Assembly: GCA_963796685.1 (NCBI GenBank)
Contig: CAWCMR010000025.1
Location: 1,888,001 to 1,952,000, forward strand
DNA length: 64,000 nucleotides
From: an uncultured delta proteobacterium
GTDB lineage: Bacteria > Myxococcota_A > Polyangia > Fen-1088
Reading direction: 5' to 3'
The notes beneath the pieces were generated by a model that saw only the letters and a program-made list of their open reading frames with translations, made no database searches and had not been told where the DNA came from. Below are positions 8,678-19,138 of the stretch, one piece after another. The translations under genes and the position numbers were made by a program. The stretch's first letter is position 1; the number at the start of each line of letters is the position of its first letter.

Positions 8678-11600
8678 ATGTCGATGCGGCCACAGGATGT
8701 TGTCGTCGCGGTGAAGCTCGCACTTGTCTCGCCGCAGGCCCGACCAACCTACCCTGAATTGGCTGCTGCGCTCGAGATGAGCCTTTCAGAGGTCCACGGC
8801 GCCGTAAAACGCGCCACAGCCGCTGGTCTCGTCGATGCCAACCGACGGGCGAATCGCGTCGCTCTGCTGGATTTTCTCGTTCAAGGTCTGAAGAGTGCGT
8901 TCGTTCCCGAGCGCGGCCCGCTTACGCGCGGCATGCCCACAGCGCATGGAGCCCCGCCGCTCGACCAACTCGTCGGCCTCGGAGCCGAGCCGCCTCCCGT
9001 GTGGCCGGATCCCGACGGCACGGTACGGGGCGAGTCGTTCGCACCGCTCTACCGTTCGGTTCCGAAGGCGGCCAAGAAAGATCCCAGGCTTTATGGAGCG
9101 CTCTGCCTCGTTGATGCGCTTCGCGGTGGACGGCCGCGCGACCGCGCGCTCGCCGAGGAACACCTTCGTAAGCTGCTTGTCCCTGCAGGCGCGGCTGGGA
9201 CGCCATCCGCAAAACAGTTTTCGCTGGATGATCCCCGCCGAAGACGAATCATCAATGGACTCGCCAAAGTCGGTGGCCCCGAAGATTACTACCGTTCCGC
9301 TCTCGAGATTCTTGCCACGCAGCCGCAGCTTCCGGCGGCAAGTCATCTAGTAGCTCACTTGGCTCGCGAGATCGAAAGCTCGCTCCGGCAGATACTAAAC
9401 GGGATGGATGGGATCGTGTCCGGTAGTGGACATGGGGCCGATCGGTCCTCACAAAGCGAGAAACACCGCGAATCAATCCAGGCTGCGTTGTCCGCGTTCG
9501 GAATACCGATGGATGGCCCGATAGCGCACGCGTGGTTTGCGCTCATCACGAAGAAGAAGAATCAGCGCCCCCTACACGCCCGAGCCCATCGCAACGAGCT
9601 GGCACCGCCACGTCCCATCGATGTGGGCTTTCTTCAGTTTTGGGAGACCTTTGAATTCGAGTTTCTCGATCCAGTTCTGAATGCGTTGGATGAAAGATTC
9701 CTCATCGTCTTTCAGCGGCTGGACGATATGCTGGCAAATCCGGCTCCAACCAAGAAAGACGCACAAAGGCTACGGGGAAGCATCCCCCAAGATCCCATCG
9801 CCCTATCCTACTTCTTCGGCAGGCTGAGCGGACCGGCTTGGATCAAGCCACTTGAGAAGGCCGAATTCTTTGCGAGGCCGCCCGATCCCATCCGACGTCC
9901 AGACAGCGTGGAGTATCCTGGCTGGCCCGCGCTTCACTATCTCTGCCAGATGGCTGCGGTGAACCCCCGCGACGTGGCTCGTATCGCGCTGGCCGTTCCG
10001 AAAACGGAAAATATCTCCGTATGCGCGTCTCTTGCCGGGATCGCCCGGTCGTTGCCCGGAAAGCTGGCGGAGCCTTTCGCTGAGCGGGTCGACGACTGGT
10101 TGGATATCGATGCAAGCCACTCCATGGCGTACCCGCTGGAAGACAATGTCGTCGGTCTCTTCGAGAAGCTCGCGGGTGAAGGCTGCGAACCGGCCGCGCT
10201 TCGCGTGCTTGCCGCTCTGTTGCGTCCCGCTCCATCGCCGGAAGATGAAGATCATGGCCCTTCCCGATGGAATCCGGAAGCTCGACTACCTTACCGGGAT
10301 CTAGATCGAACGATGGAAAGGCTCTTGCCGACCATCCACAAGTTGGGAGAACCCGCCCTTGCCGTACTTGCCGAGTTGCTGGGTCAGACCCTTGCCATGA
10401 TTCATCGGAACGGCAGCGACGCGTGGGTGGACTATTCGTGGAACTGGAGAAAAGTGATCGATGAACATGGGGAGAATCACAACGGCGACCTCCGCGCTCA
10501 TCTTGTGTCCGCGATTCGAGACTCGGCGATCCGGCTGGTTGAATCGAACCCATCACGTCTATCGGACCTCGTTACGTCGTTTGAAAAGCGACGCTGGGTG
10601 TTCTTCCGCCGTCTTGTGCTTTTTCTCCTGCAGCGGTTCCAGACTGTTGCTCCCGATGTTGCGATCCCACGGATTCTCAACCGATCGTATTTCGACCTGT
10701 CGGGGCCCGAGTACGCGCGGCTGCTGCGGGCTTGCTTCAAGACACTCAGCGAGGAACAGCAAGGAACCATCCTTTCCTGGATTCGACGGCGGCCCCAAGT
10801 TGCCGGATGCTCCAGACGCCTATGCCGATACCTGGAGACTGGAATGGCTTGCCACCATCGCAGAGCTCTTGCCCAAGGACTGGCGGCAAAGATACGAGTC
10901 GCTCAAGGCCAAGTATCCGGATGTGCCCGCCGCGGACGCCGAGCCTTCCATTCCCCGGCTCTTCGTCGGGCCGACTTCTCCATTCCGAGACGAAGAGCTT
11001 CGCCCAGATGCCGCCCACCCAGGTGGTCGACACCATCGCGTCGTGGAAGCCACCTTCCGAATTCGGCAGTCCGGAGCCGGAGGGGCTGTCACGTACCCTC
11101 GAGAGGGTGGTAGGGCAGAAACCCGAGAGCTACGCGGCGGCTGCCGAGGATCTCAAGCGTCTTCAGCCAATCTACATCCCCGGCGCTCTCCGCGGTTTCG
11201 GGGCGGCTGTCAAGGCCGGACGGCCTTTCGATTGGAAGCCGGTCGTCGTTCTTTGCGCTTGGGCCACGTCCCACCCACGCAAGCTCTCTAACCCGAAGGG
11301 ACCCCCTTTCGATGACGATGCCCACTGGGGCAATGCGCGCTTCGCCGCCCTTTGGCTTCTGTCGGACGCCATGAATTCAGATGGAGTGCCGATCCCGATC
11401 GAGATTCACAACGTCGTCTGGGCCGCGATCGCACCAACGCTCGACGATCCGAACGGTGTGGAGGCAGAAGGCGAGTCAAACGACACGATGTCCCTCGCAC
11501 TCAACCGCGTGCGAGCGGTGGCGGTTCGCGCAGCCATAGACTATGCCCGTTGGCTTGCTGGAAAGAGTGCCTCAAAGGGTCTCCCCGACGAGGTTCGCCA

Positions 11601-12483
11601 AGCGCTGGAGGCGAAGGTCAGGGAACGCTCCACTTCGGTTCGCGCTGCTCTCGTAGATCGGATACATGCACTCGCGTACCTGGACGATGCTTGGTGCGAA
11701 TCGTATGTCAGGCAGCTGTTCCAGCCCGACGAGCAAGGGCGTGACATCGCGTGGGAGACCTATTTGAAATACGAGAGGCTCCTCACTCTGGACGTCTTCC
11801 ACATGCTGCGTTGGCGCTACCTTATCGCGATCGACGAACTGAGAAGCGACGCCAGCCTCGACAAACGCGGTCAGGAATTGGCTGAGGCCATCGGGAACCA
11901 TCTTGCACGTCTCTATTGGCACGGCCAGATCGCCTTCAATGAGCGGGACAAGCTGCTCGACAAGTTTCTTTCCAATGCCCCCGCCTCCGTGACCGGGAAG
12001 TTCATCAAAGACATCGGCCGGTGGCTCCACACCGATGGTCCGCCAAAAGCGGATGTCCTCGTTCGTCTGAAGGCCCTTTGGGCCAGACGCTTCACAATCG
12101 GGCGCCCAGAAGAATTGGCAACATTCAGCTGGTGGTTCTCGTCCGGGTGTTTCGACGAAAGTTGGTCCATCGACAACTTCCTCGCCGCCCTCCGGACCCT
12201 CGACACTCCCGCCGCCGGCTTCTTTCCACCGAAGTTCGCTCCGAAGGACGTCGAGCGACTAGCGGAGCTCGCGCCACGGCACCTCGCCAAGGTTGTCTCG
12301 TGCTTGGATCTGATCGTGAAAGCCCATCAAAACCAAGGTGCCATCTTCAGTCTTCGCATTCCCGCGAGAACCATCCTCGCTGCCGCACGGACCTCCGACG
12401 ACAACGAGGTGAGGAAAGTTGCGGAGACGACCATCAACCGCCTGGCCAGGAAGGGCTATCTTGAATTCAGGGATCTCTTGTGA
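8678..12483 (+). CDS. Large HTH + HEPN-like + alpha-helical protein (~1267 aa if two +1 frameshifts at ~10783 and ~11000 are removed)
   Basis: N-terminal RPQDVVV..LAAALEMSLSEV winged HTH of the family usually paired with this NTase; SHLVAHLAREIE and LHARAH motifs; coherent protein continues through ORFs 8678, 10461 and 10732; 3806-2 nt is divisible by 3. Confidence 0.7.
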
Positions 12484-12513
12484 GCATCGCCCCGAGGACG
12501 CGATCAGGATTCG

Positions 12514-13470
12514 CTAGTTCCCGAATTCGACCTTGGTCAGGCACAGCTTGTCGACGGTGGCGGCCGTCGCGGTCGAGGTCACCTGCACGCTCACCTTGTC
12601 GATGTTGGGCACATCGGCGTCGGTCAGGTCGTCGCCGCTGCTGTCCCAGCACTTGTTGTTGAAGCTCGTGAGGGGAATGGCGGTGCCTGAGGTCAAGGGG
12701 GCACAGTAGCTCGTGCCATCGCCGTCACCGCTCCGGTGGAGCAGGGCGCGCAGGCCGGTCGACGGACTACCGGTCACGGTGAAGGTGATGGTCTTGTACC
12801 CGTGGTCGCCCATTGCCGCGTTGGGATCCTTGGCATTCACGCCGATCTGGACGCCCCAGTTGCTGGAGTATTCTGAATCCGTCGGCGTGTCGGACAAGGC
12901 CGGAACCGTGCCCGACATGCAAAGGGCATCGGACTGGTTCCAGTTCGTGGCGGTCAGGCAGGCCGCGTCGCTGGTGATGGCGGCCTTGCTGGTGTCGCAG
13001 GTCGGGTCGGTGATGGTGTCGGCGGAGCCGAGCGCAACCCAGCCCCAGCCGGTCATCGCCCCGGCGGCCTGGCCGTTGCAGAACGCGACGGCGTTGTCGG
13101 CGGGGGAGACGCCGCACGTGTTGCTTCCGCTCCCACCGGCCCCGGCATTGCTTGACGAACCGCCTGTGGAGCTGCCGCCGTTGCCCTGCGAGCCGCCCGA
13201 ATCGCCGTTGCCCCCGGTGTCCTGGTTGCCACCGGAGGAAGAGTCGCCACCCGATCCGGAAACTCCGCCGGAGCTGGGGTCGCCGCCGGAACCATCGTTG
13301 CCGCCTGTCTCGTTCGAGCCGCTCTGTCCGCCGGAGGCGTTGTCGCCACCGCTGCCGCCGTTGCCGTTGCTTCCGCCCGAGGGCTCGTTGCCCGGCGTAC
13401 TCCTCGGAGCCGGGCTACATGCGAACACGAGCAACATCGAAGCAAACAAGGATAGGGCGGACCATTTCAT
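12514..13470 (-). CDS. Lipoprotein with Gly/Ser-rich linker and Cys-containing beta-rich domain
   Basis: MKWSALSLFASMLLVFAC lipobox; GGSSG low-complexity linker; globular C-terminus. Confidence 0.8.
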   Translation of the reverse strand: MKWSALSLFASMLLVFACSPAPRSTPGNEPSGGSNGNGGSGGDNASGGQSGSNETGGNDGSGGDPSSGGVSGSGGDSSSGGNQDTGGNGDSGGSQGNGGSSTGGSSSNAGAGGSGSNTCGVSPADNAVAFCNGQAAGAMTGWGWVALGSADTITDPTCDTSKAAITSDAACLTATNWNQSDALCMSGTVPALSDTPTDSEYSSNWGVQIGVNAKDPNAAMGDHGYKTITFTVTGSPSTGLRALLHRSGDGDGTSYCAPLTSGTAIPLTSFNNKCWDSSGDDLTDADVPNIDKVSVQVTSTATAATVDKLCLTKVEFGN

Positions 13471-13560
13471 GTGAGAACCTCTGTTGCAGCAAGGCGATAG
13501 CGATTGAATTCGGCGGCATTCCTACCCCAACCGCGCGCCAGGATCTACGGCCTTGGTGCC

Positions 13561-14712
13561 CTAGGGTTTTTCCAGCTGCGCCGCCGGCAGGGCACGATTG
13601 AAGAACTCCACATCGCGCATGCAACCGGCGAAGTAGTATTGCCCATTCTGGCGAGTCGCGAGCGATGTCGTGCCGGTGGTCATGGGACCGAACGTCAGGT
13701 TGGCCGAGTCTTCGAGCACGGCGTTGACATACAGGCTGGCGGTCTGGCCATCGTAGGTCACGGCCACCCAGTACCACTGGTCGGGTGCATGGATAGCCGT
13801 GGCGTCCTCGATCGTCGTCAGGGTGTTGCCCCAGTACAAGACCACGGCGGCATGCCAGTTACCGGAGGCATCGGAGCTCATCTGCATGACCAGGCGCGGG
13901 GTGTTGTTGGCGGAGCCTCCGATATGGAGGAACCGAGGCTGTGAAGCCCCCGCGAGCGCGGGATAGAGAAGCGCTTGGATGGTGAACCTCTGCATGCCCT
14001 GGATGGGGTTGTTGTCGAGCAGCAGTCCGTCCCGGGCGCCGTCGAAGCACACGGCTGTCCCCGCATCCATGGGGGTGACGGTGGGCGATCCCATGACCGT
14101 GGGGGTGAAGCCACCGATGCTGGTGGTGCTGTCGACGACCCAGTTGGTGGTGGGCTGGGGCCCGAGGTCGGGCGGGGGTAAATCGGGCGTAGGCAAGTCC
14201 GGCCCTGGCACATCCGCAAGGAGATCAGGGCCCTCATCTGCCGGCGCCGCATCGGGTTGCGGCAAATCGGAGGGTGCCGTATCGAGGGACGGCACATAGG
14301 GACCGTCCGCCGAGAGAGCACCAGGGCCATCGCTTACCATCGGCGCGTCGCCGGGCGAGGTCTGGGCGTCGAAGGCAGTCGGCGTATCGGCGGATATTCG
14401 GGAGTCGGCGAGAAGCAAGTCCGGGTTTGCTTGCCCACCCTCGGGGGAGCCCCAATCTGGGCCGGCGTCCTGTGCGACCACGGCCGTCGCCTGGTCGATG
14501 CCGCCGTCTGCGATAGCAGGCGGCTCGGACCTCGCTTCCGCAGACTCCGCGTCGAGCTTTGCCGCTGGCGTGGTATCGGGCGCCCGTTGGGGACCATCCG
14601 CGGCGCCATCGCCCAGGTTGCCAAGTCCGCTACCGCTGACGCCGCAGCCGGCGGTCGGCAGGATCAGCGGGACAAGGCAGCCGAGTGCGAGCGCGGGCAG
14701 AAAATACTTCAT
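13561..14712 (-). CDS. Secreted/lipo-protein with Pro/Asp-rich linker and C-terminal LamG-like domain
   Basis: Signal peptide MKYFLPALALGC..AGC; PD-rich linker; WYWVAVTYDGQTASLYVN...YFAGCMRDV LamG signature; start approximate. Confidence 0.75.
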   Translation of the reverse strand: MKYFLPALALGCLVPLILPTAGCGVSGSGLGNLGDGAADGPQRAPDTTPAAKLDAESAEARSEPPAIADGGIDQATAVVAQDAGPDWGSPEGGQANPDLLLADSRISADTPTAFDAQTSPGDAPMVSDGPGALSADGPYVPSLDTAPSDLPQPDAAPADEGPDLLADVPGPDLPTPDLPPPDLGPQPTTNWVVDSTTSIGGFTPTVMGSPTVTPMDAGTAVCFDGARDGLLLDNNPIQGMQRFTIQALLYPALAGASQPRFLHIGGSANNTPRLVMQMSSDASGNWHAAVVLYWGNTLTTIEDATAIHAPDQWYWVAVTYDGQTASLYVNAVLEDSANLTFGPMTTGTTSLATRQNGQYYFAGCMRDVEFFNRALPAAQLEKP

Positions 14713-14983
14713 CTGCGTCATCCGCAGAGAGGATCGCACAGTCGCGCATGCGCGACAAGGCTCGAACCGGCGCCGTAATCCCGCGACAAGCTCAGCGACG
14801 TCGGGAGGCGTCGGGCTAAAGGCCCAAGCCTCTCGCCTGGCAGGGCGACGAAAGGTGGTCGTGACAATAGACGTCACCGTGACCGTGGCCCGCTTGCGCG
14901 GACGGGTCCATGTGCTAGGGCACTGTCATGCCGCCATGCCTTCCATCCATGGATAGGCTGGGGCCGAGAGAGGAGACTCGACC

Positions 14984-15712
14984 ATGAACTGGCCAGGTTC
15001 ACAGTATTTCCCCCATACCCCGGGTTACTTGCTGCTCTTCGCGTTGATCCTGGCAGCGCTGATGCTGCTCCTCCGCTTCGTCCTGCTGGACTACGCTCTG
15101 CTCGGCCTGGGGGTCAGTCGCCGAAGCGCGGTCCTCCTGCTCTGGGCCTCGCTCGTCGGTAGCAGCATCAACATCCCCGTGGCACGGATGCCGGCCGAGC
15201 ATCTCGAACAGGATACGACGGTGGACTTCTTCGGCATGACCTACGTCGTTCCTCACATCGTGGAGCGCGGTCGCACGATCATCGCCGTGAACGTCGGCGG
15301 CGCCGTCATCCCCACGCTGCTCTCGATCTATTTCGTGGCCCGTTTCGGCCTGCCGCTCGGCATGCTGCTCGCGATTGCCATCGTGACCTGGGTGGTTCAC
15401 GCCATCGCCTACCCGGTCGCAGGCGTGGGCATCACCATGCCGCCCTTCGTGGCGGCGCTGGTGTCGGCCGGAGCAGCCTTGCTGCTCGATCGGCCGAGGG
15501 CGCCGCGCACCGCCTTCGTGGCGGGGACCATGGGAACGTTGATTGGCGCGGATCTGCTGAACCTGGGTAAGCTGAACACGATGGGTGCCCCCATTGCGTC
15601 CATCGGTGGCGCGGGCACCTTCGATGGCGTGTTCGTCACCGGAATCACGGCCGTCCTGCTCACGGGCATTTCCTACGTGGGTCGGGGAAAGCAGCCCTGG
15701 ACAACCGAGTAG
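14984..15712 (+). CDS. DUF1614 family membrane protein
   Basis: GSSINIPV, AVNVGGAVIP, GTLIGADLLNL, SIGGAGTFDG motifs; GAGGAG RBS. Confidence 0.85.
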   Translation: MNWPGSQYFPHTPGYLLLFALILAALMLLLRFVLLDYALLGLGVSRRSAVLLLWASLVGSSINIPVARMPAEHLEQDTTVDFFGMTYVVPHIVERGRTIIAVNVGGAVIPTLLSIYFVARFGLPLGMLLAIAIVTWVVHAIAYPVAGVGITMPPFVAALVSAGAALLLDRPRAPRTAFVAGTMGTLIGADLLNLGKLNTMGAPIASIGGAGTFDGVFVTGITAVLLTGISYVGRGKQPWTTE

Positions 15713-15731
15713 GCCGCGTGGCGCTGCCGAT

Positions 15732-17255
15732 TTAGAGCCGGCCCTCGCTTTTCAAGTAGCTCGAGAAGTCTGGGCTCGAGACGGACAGGGGTGGAAGCCA
15801 GGTGCCCAGGGCTTGCCTTTTCCACCAATTGCCTTGCGGGTTCCCAGGCGGGGCGAACTGGTAGCGATAGAGCACGGCCCGGATGTAGCGGGGCGGCCTT
15901 TGCGGAAAGGGGTTCGGTCCGAGAAGACTCAGCGCACCGGGATCGTTGTGCAGCAGCTTCCACACGAGGTCAAGGGTCCAGGGATAGTCGTCCGGCGTGG
16001 ACATGGCCGCGAACCACATCTGCCAGTCCAGCCGTGGCTGGTAGGGTGCGACTTGCGGAGGCCGGCGATCCAGCGCCGCGGGCAAGGCCCGGTAGGGGTA
16101 GGCCTTCCACACCGCGCTCGCGTCGGGCTCGGCCGCCTCGGTGCCCTCGAACACGACGTTCATCCGCTCCTTGCCCACCCATCCGAAGGCACCGTAGGTG
16201 TTGACCAGATCCAGCGGAATGAAGGACGTGTTCATGATCTGGCCTGGCGAAATGAGGTTGAGCACGGGCTCGACACTGAGGATCCCCACCAGCACCGCCA
16301 GCACCCGTGCCGTCACCTCCAGGGGCCGGCTTTCGCGCGCGTTGGCGGCGGCGGTCGTGGCGCGAGCCACCAGCGCGCTTGGCATGATCTTGGTCCACAG
16401 GCTGTCGTCGAAACAAGCCAGCGCCGGTACGATGGTCAACCAATTGAGGAAGGAAAGATTCCCGCTGAGGATGAGCGTGCATTGGAACAGCACGATGATC
16501 ACGCCGGCGCCATGCCGGGCGATGCGGGGTGCGAAGGCGAACCAGGGCGCGATCAGCTCGGCGAGAAACGTGAAGAGCACCCCCGCCTTCAAGATCCAAT
16601 GCGGCAGGAAGTGAAACCAACGGCTCAAGGGGTTGGGGATGGGCTGGGTCTCGAAGTGGTAGAAAAGCGCGGTCAGATCGCGCCAGACCTCATCGCCGCG
16701 CAGCTTGATCAGCGCCGAGCCCAGCATGATGCGAAAGATGAGCCAGCGAAAGAGCCAGATCACCAACCGTGGCGGCGCGCGTTTGGGGAAAGGGCGACCA
16801 TCGAGCAGGGGACACAGGAAGATGGCGAGGAAACCGGTTTCGAGCAATTGGATCTCCCAGCCGTACCCGTACCAATCCTGGCCCACGTGGACGAACGACA
16901 TGTACATCGCCCAGAGCACTGCCATGAGGATGGCGTTGGCGTAGCCGGCGGCCACCAGGCAGGCGAGAACGAAGCCGACCCAGGCTGCTCCTCGCAACAT
17001 CGAATCCGAGGACGATAGCCAGAAGAGCGAGGGCAGCTCGAAGAAGGCGGCGAGCCGGGAGCCGTATAGCCGTTGGACGTGGCCGAGGAACGAATCCACC
17101 GGCAACAGTCCATGCGCGCCGACGAGAGGAACGATTTGCTCGGCGGCGACGAGGAAGGCCACCGCATACACCAAACCCAGCAAGCGCAAGATGGCGAACC
17201 GCGCCAGCCAGTAGCTATCCTTGCGCTGCGATGGAGACGGGATGCCTTCCGCCAT
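15732..17255 (-). CDS. Lipase maturation factor family membrane protein
   Basis: YGWEIQLLETGF, KLRGD..WRDLTAL.YHFETQPIPNP, SGNLSFLNWLT, PYQPRLDWQMWFAA. Confidence 0.9.
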   Translation of the reverse strand: MAEGIPSPSQRKDSYWLARFAILRLLGLVYAVAFLVAAEQIVPLVGAHGLLPVDSFLGHVQRLYGSRLAAFFELPSLFWLSSSDSMLRGAAWVGFVLACLVAAGYANAILMAVLWAMYMSFVHVGQDWYGYGWEIQLLETGFLAIFLCPLLDGRPFPKRAPPRLVIWLFRWLIFRIMLGSALIKLRGDEVWRDLTALFYHFETQPIPNPLSRWFHFLPHWILKAGVLFTFLAELIAPWFAFAPRIARHGAGVIIVLFQCTLILSGNLSFLNWLTIVPALACFDDSLWTKIMPSALVARATTAAANARESRPLEVTARVLAVLVGILSVEPVLNLISPGQIMNTSFIPLDLVNTYGAFGWVGKERMNVVFEGTEAAEPDASAVWKAYPYRALPAALDRRPPQVAPYQPRLDWQMWFAAMSTPDDYPWTLDLVWKLLHNDPGALSLLGPNPFPQRPPRYIRAVLYRYQFAPPGNPQGNWWKRQALGTWLPPLSVSSPDFSSYLKSEGRL

Positions 17256-17276
17256 TGGGGCACCTTGATGGAGCCT

Positions 17277-18327
17277 CTAACCTGCCGCGTCGACGCGGAG
17301 CCCTGTCCTGCGAGGCCCAGGGAGAAGCCGGCCGGCATCTGCCCAAGGCCTCGGCTGCGGCCCATTCCTGGCAAAGGCGGCGAGCACGTCGAGCACGGTA
17401 GCGAGTGCACCCTGGGATGACGGATACGAAAGATAGATGGGCTGCCACTCGGTGGGACGAAACTTGGCCTTGAAGTGGCGAAGTCCGTCAAAGTTGTACA
17501 GAAAGGCCATTCGTTTGCGAGCGACACGCAACAGCAGGGGAACATCGCCCGAGAGCGGGGCAAGACCGAGCGTGAGCCATGCACAGCCTTGCTTGCTCGC
17601 CCAGCGCATGACGGCATCCACGAGAAGCTCGACCGTGCCGTTCGGTGCGGACGGTGCCCGCACCATGTGCTCGATGAACCAACCGCGTCGCTGGGGCACC
17701 GGGATGACGTAGACCAGCCCGACCAGGTGTCCTTCGTGTTCGGCCAGAAAACACTGTCGTTGCTCGGGAAACCGATGCGGCTCCACGCGCACCAGGAATC
17801 CCATGGGTGGCATCCGTCGGGTCGCAAGCCACCGGCCCACGAGCTCGTCGGTGGCGGCCCCCAGGTCGCCGCTATGCGCGCATGTGCCGTCGACGAGATG
17901 GCGAACCCGCACTCCCTTGGCCCACGTGCGGCGCAGTCTGTTCGCGCAGCCGCGCATGTCGTTCGAGCGTGTGGTCCCAATCGCGCGGATCCCAGACTGG
18001 CTGCTCGCCGATAGGCAGAGCCACGAGGGCATCGGAGGTTGCGCGCACGAACCGTTCTTCGCTGCCGAAGAAGCAGCAGCGTCGGCCCGCTTGTTGGGCC
18101 GCCTTCATGAACGCGCTGGCGAGCCCAGGCAAATTCTCGTCGGCCGCGATGGGCGGTCCGGCCGCTACCCATGCCGACCCTGTATCGACATACGCAACGC
18201 AGCCGTCGTCTCGAAATAGATACTGGTATCCTTCGCCCAGGGTCTGGAATGCCGTCGCATTCCAGCCGTGTCGCAAGACAAGCTCGAGTACCCTTCGGCG
18301 TCCATCGTCCATGCATGCGGATGCCAT
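17277..18327 (-). CDS. DUF2156 / aminoacyl-phosphatidylglycerol synthase C-terminal-like domain protein (one +1 frameshift at ~17937)
   Basis: GWNATAFQ..WVAAGPP in ORF 17872-18351 continues as LRRTWAKGV..APNGTVELL..LGLAPL..YNFDGLRHFKAKF in ORF 17277-18032 after one extra base. Confidence 0.75.
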
Positions 18328-18389
18328 GTCCATGCTCCTGAAGCATGCCACACGTTCGCGACCGGCTCAGGCGAAGGCGCCGCTGGGGG

Positions 18390-18872
18390 TCACCTCCCGC
18401 TGCCCTCGCGAGCGGACGCGGCCACATGTCCTTCGACTCCGCGTGCGATGGGAGAGTGCTGGCACCTCACCCAGGCTTGCTGGCCGTCGCCATAGCTCTC
18501 CCTCTTCCAGATGGGAACGCTCGCCTTCACCTCGTCGATGATGAACGAGCAGGCGGCGAACGCCGCACCTCTGTGGGCCGCGGCGGCCCAGACCTTCACG
18601 GCCGTCTCTCCGATCTCCAGCGTTCCGATGCGATGCACGCAGGCGGCGGCCAACAACCCGAATCGGGCGACGGCATCGAGCACGATGCGCGTGCCTTCGC
18701 GCTCGGCAAGCTTCTCGTAGGCCGTGTATTCCAAACGGAGAACGGGCTTGCCCTCGTTGTTGTCGCGCACGATTCCCTCGAAGCAAACCGTCGCCCCGGC
18801 AGTGGTCGGAAGGGCAAACGGCGGCGTGGCCGGCGGTGGATCCAGGGATAGGACGAAGGATGATTCTGCCAT
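18390..18872 (-). CDS. moaE: Molybdopterin synthase catalytic subunit
   Basis: GATVCFEGIVR, LEYTAY, HRIG.L, AHRGAAF, K..VPIWKRE. Confidence 0.9.
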   Translation of the reverse strand: MAESSFVLSLDPPPATPPFALPTTAGATVCFEGIVRDNNEGKPVLRLEYTAYEKLAEREGTRIVLDAVARFGLLAAACVHRIGTLEIGETAVKVWAAAAHRGAAFAACSFIIDEVKASVPIWKRESYGDGQQAWVRCQHSPIARGVEGHVAASAREGSGR

Positions 18873-18882
18873 GGCTCTTTCG

Positions 18883-19128
18883 TCAGCCACCGGCGACGGG
18901 CGGCACGAAAACGACCACGTCACCCTCGGCCAGGGGGCGGTCCCAGTCGCAGAACTGGTCGTTGACGGCTGGCCGAACATGTTCTTCGCCCAGCGAGAGT
19001 CCGTGCAAATGGACGAGGTCGCGATAGAGCTGCCGCAGGTCGCGGCTTTCGATGCGAAGGGTTTCTTTCGCCAATCCTCGCTGCTCGCGCAAGATGGCGT
19101 AGTAGCTCACGCAAATGTTCATGGACAT
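18883..19128 (-). CDS. moaD: Molybdopterin synthase sulfur carrier
   Basis: ~81 aa ubiquitin-like, AVN..., C-terminal PPVAGG. Confidence 0.9.
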   Translation of the reverse strand: MSMNICVSYYAILREQRGLAKETLRIESRDLRQLYRDLVHLHGLSLGEEHVRPAVNDQFCDWDRPLAEGDVVVFVPPVAGG

Positions 19129-19138
19129 CCTCCAGCAG

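Noticed and set aside
10770-11010. Programmed ribosomal frameshifting in the large fusion gene or other split genes
   Set aside because: No slippery heptamers or homopolymer tracts; the same single-insertion pattern recurs in unrelated genes
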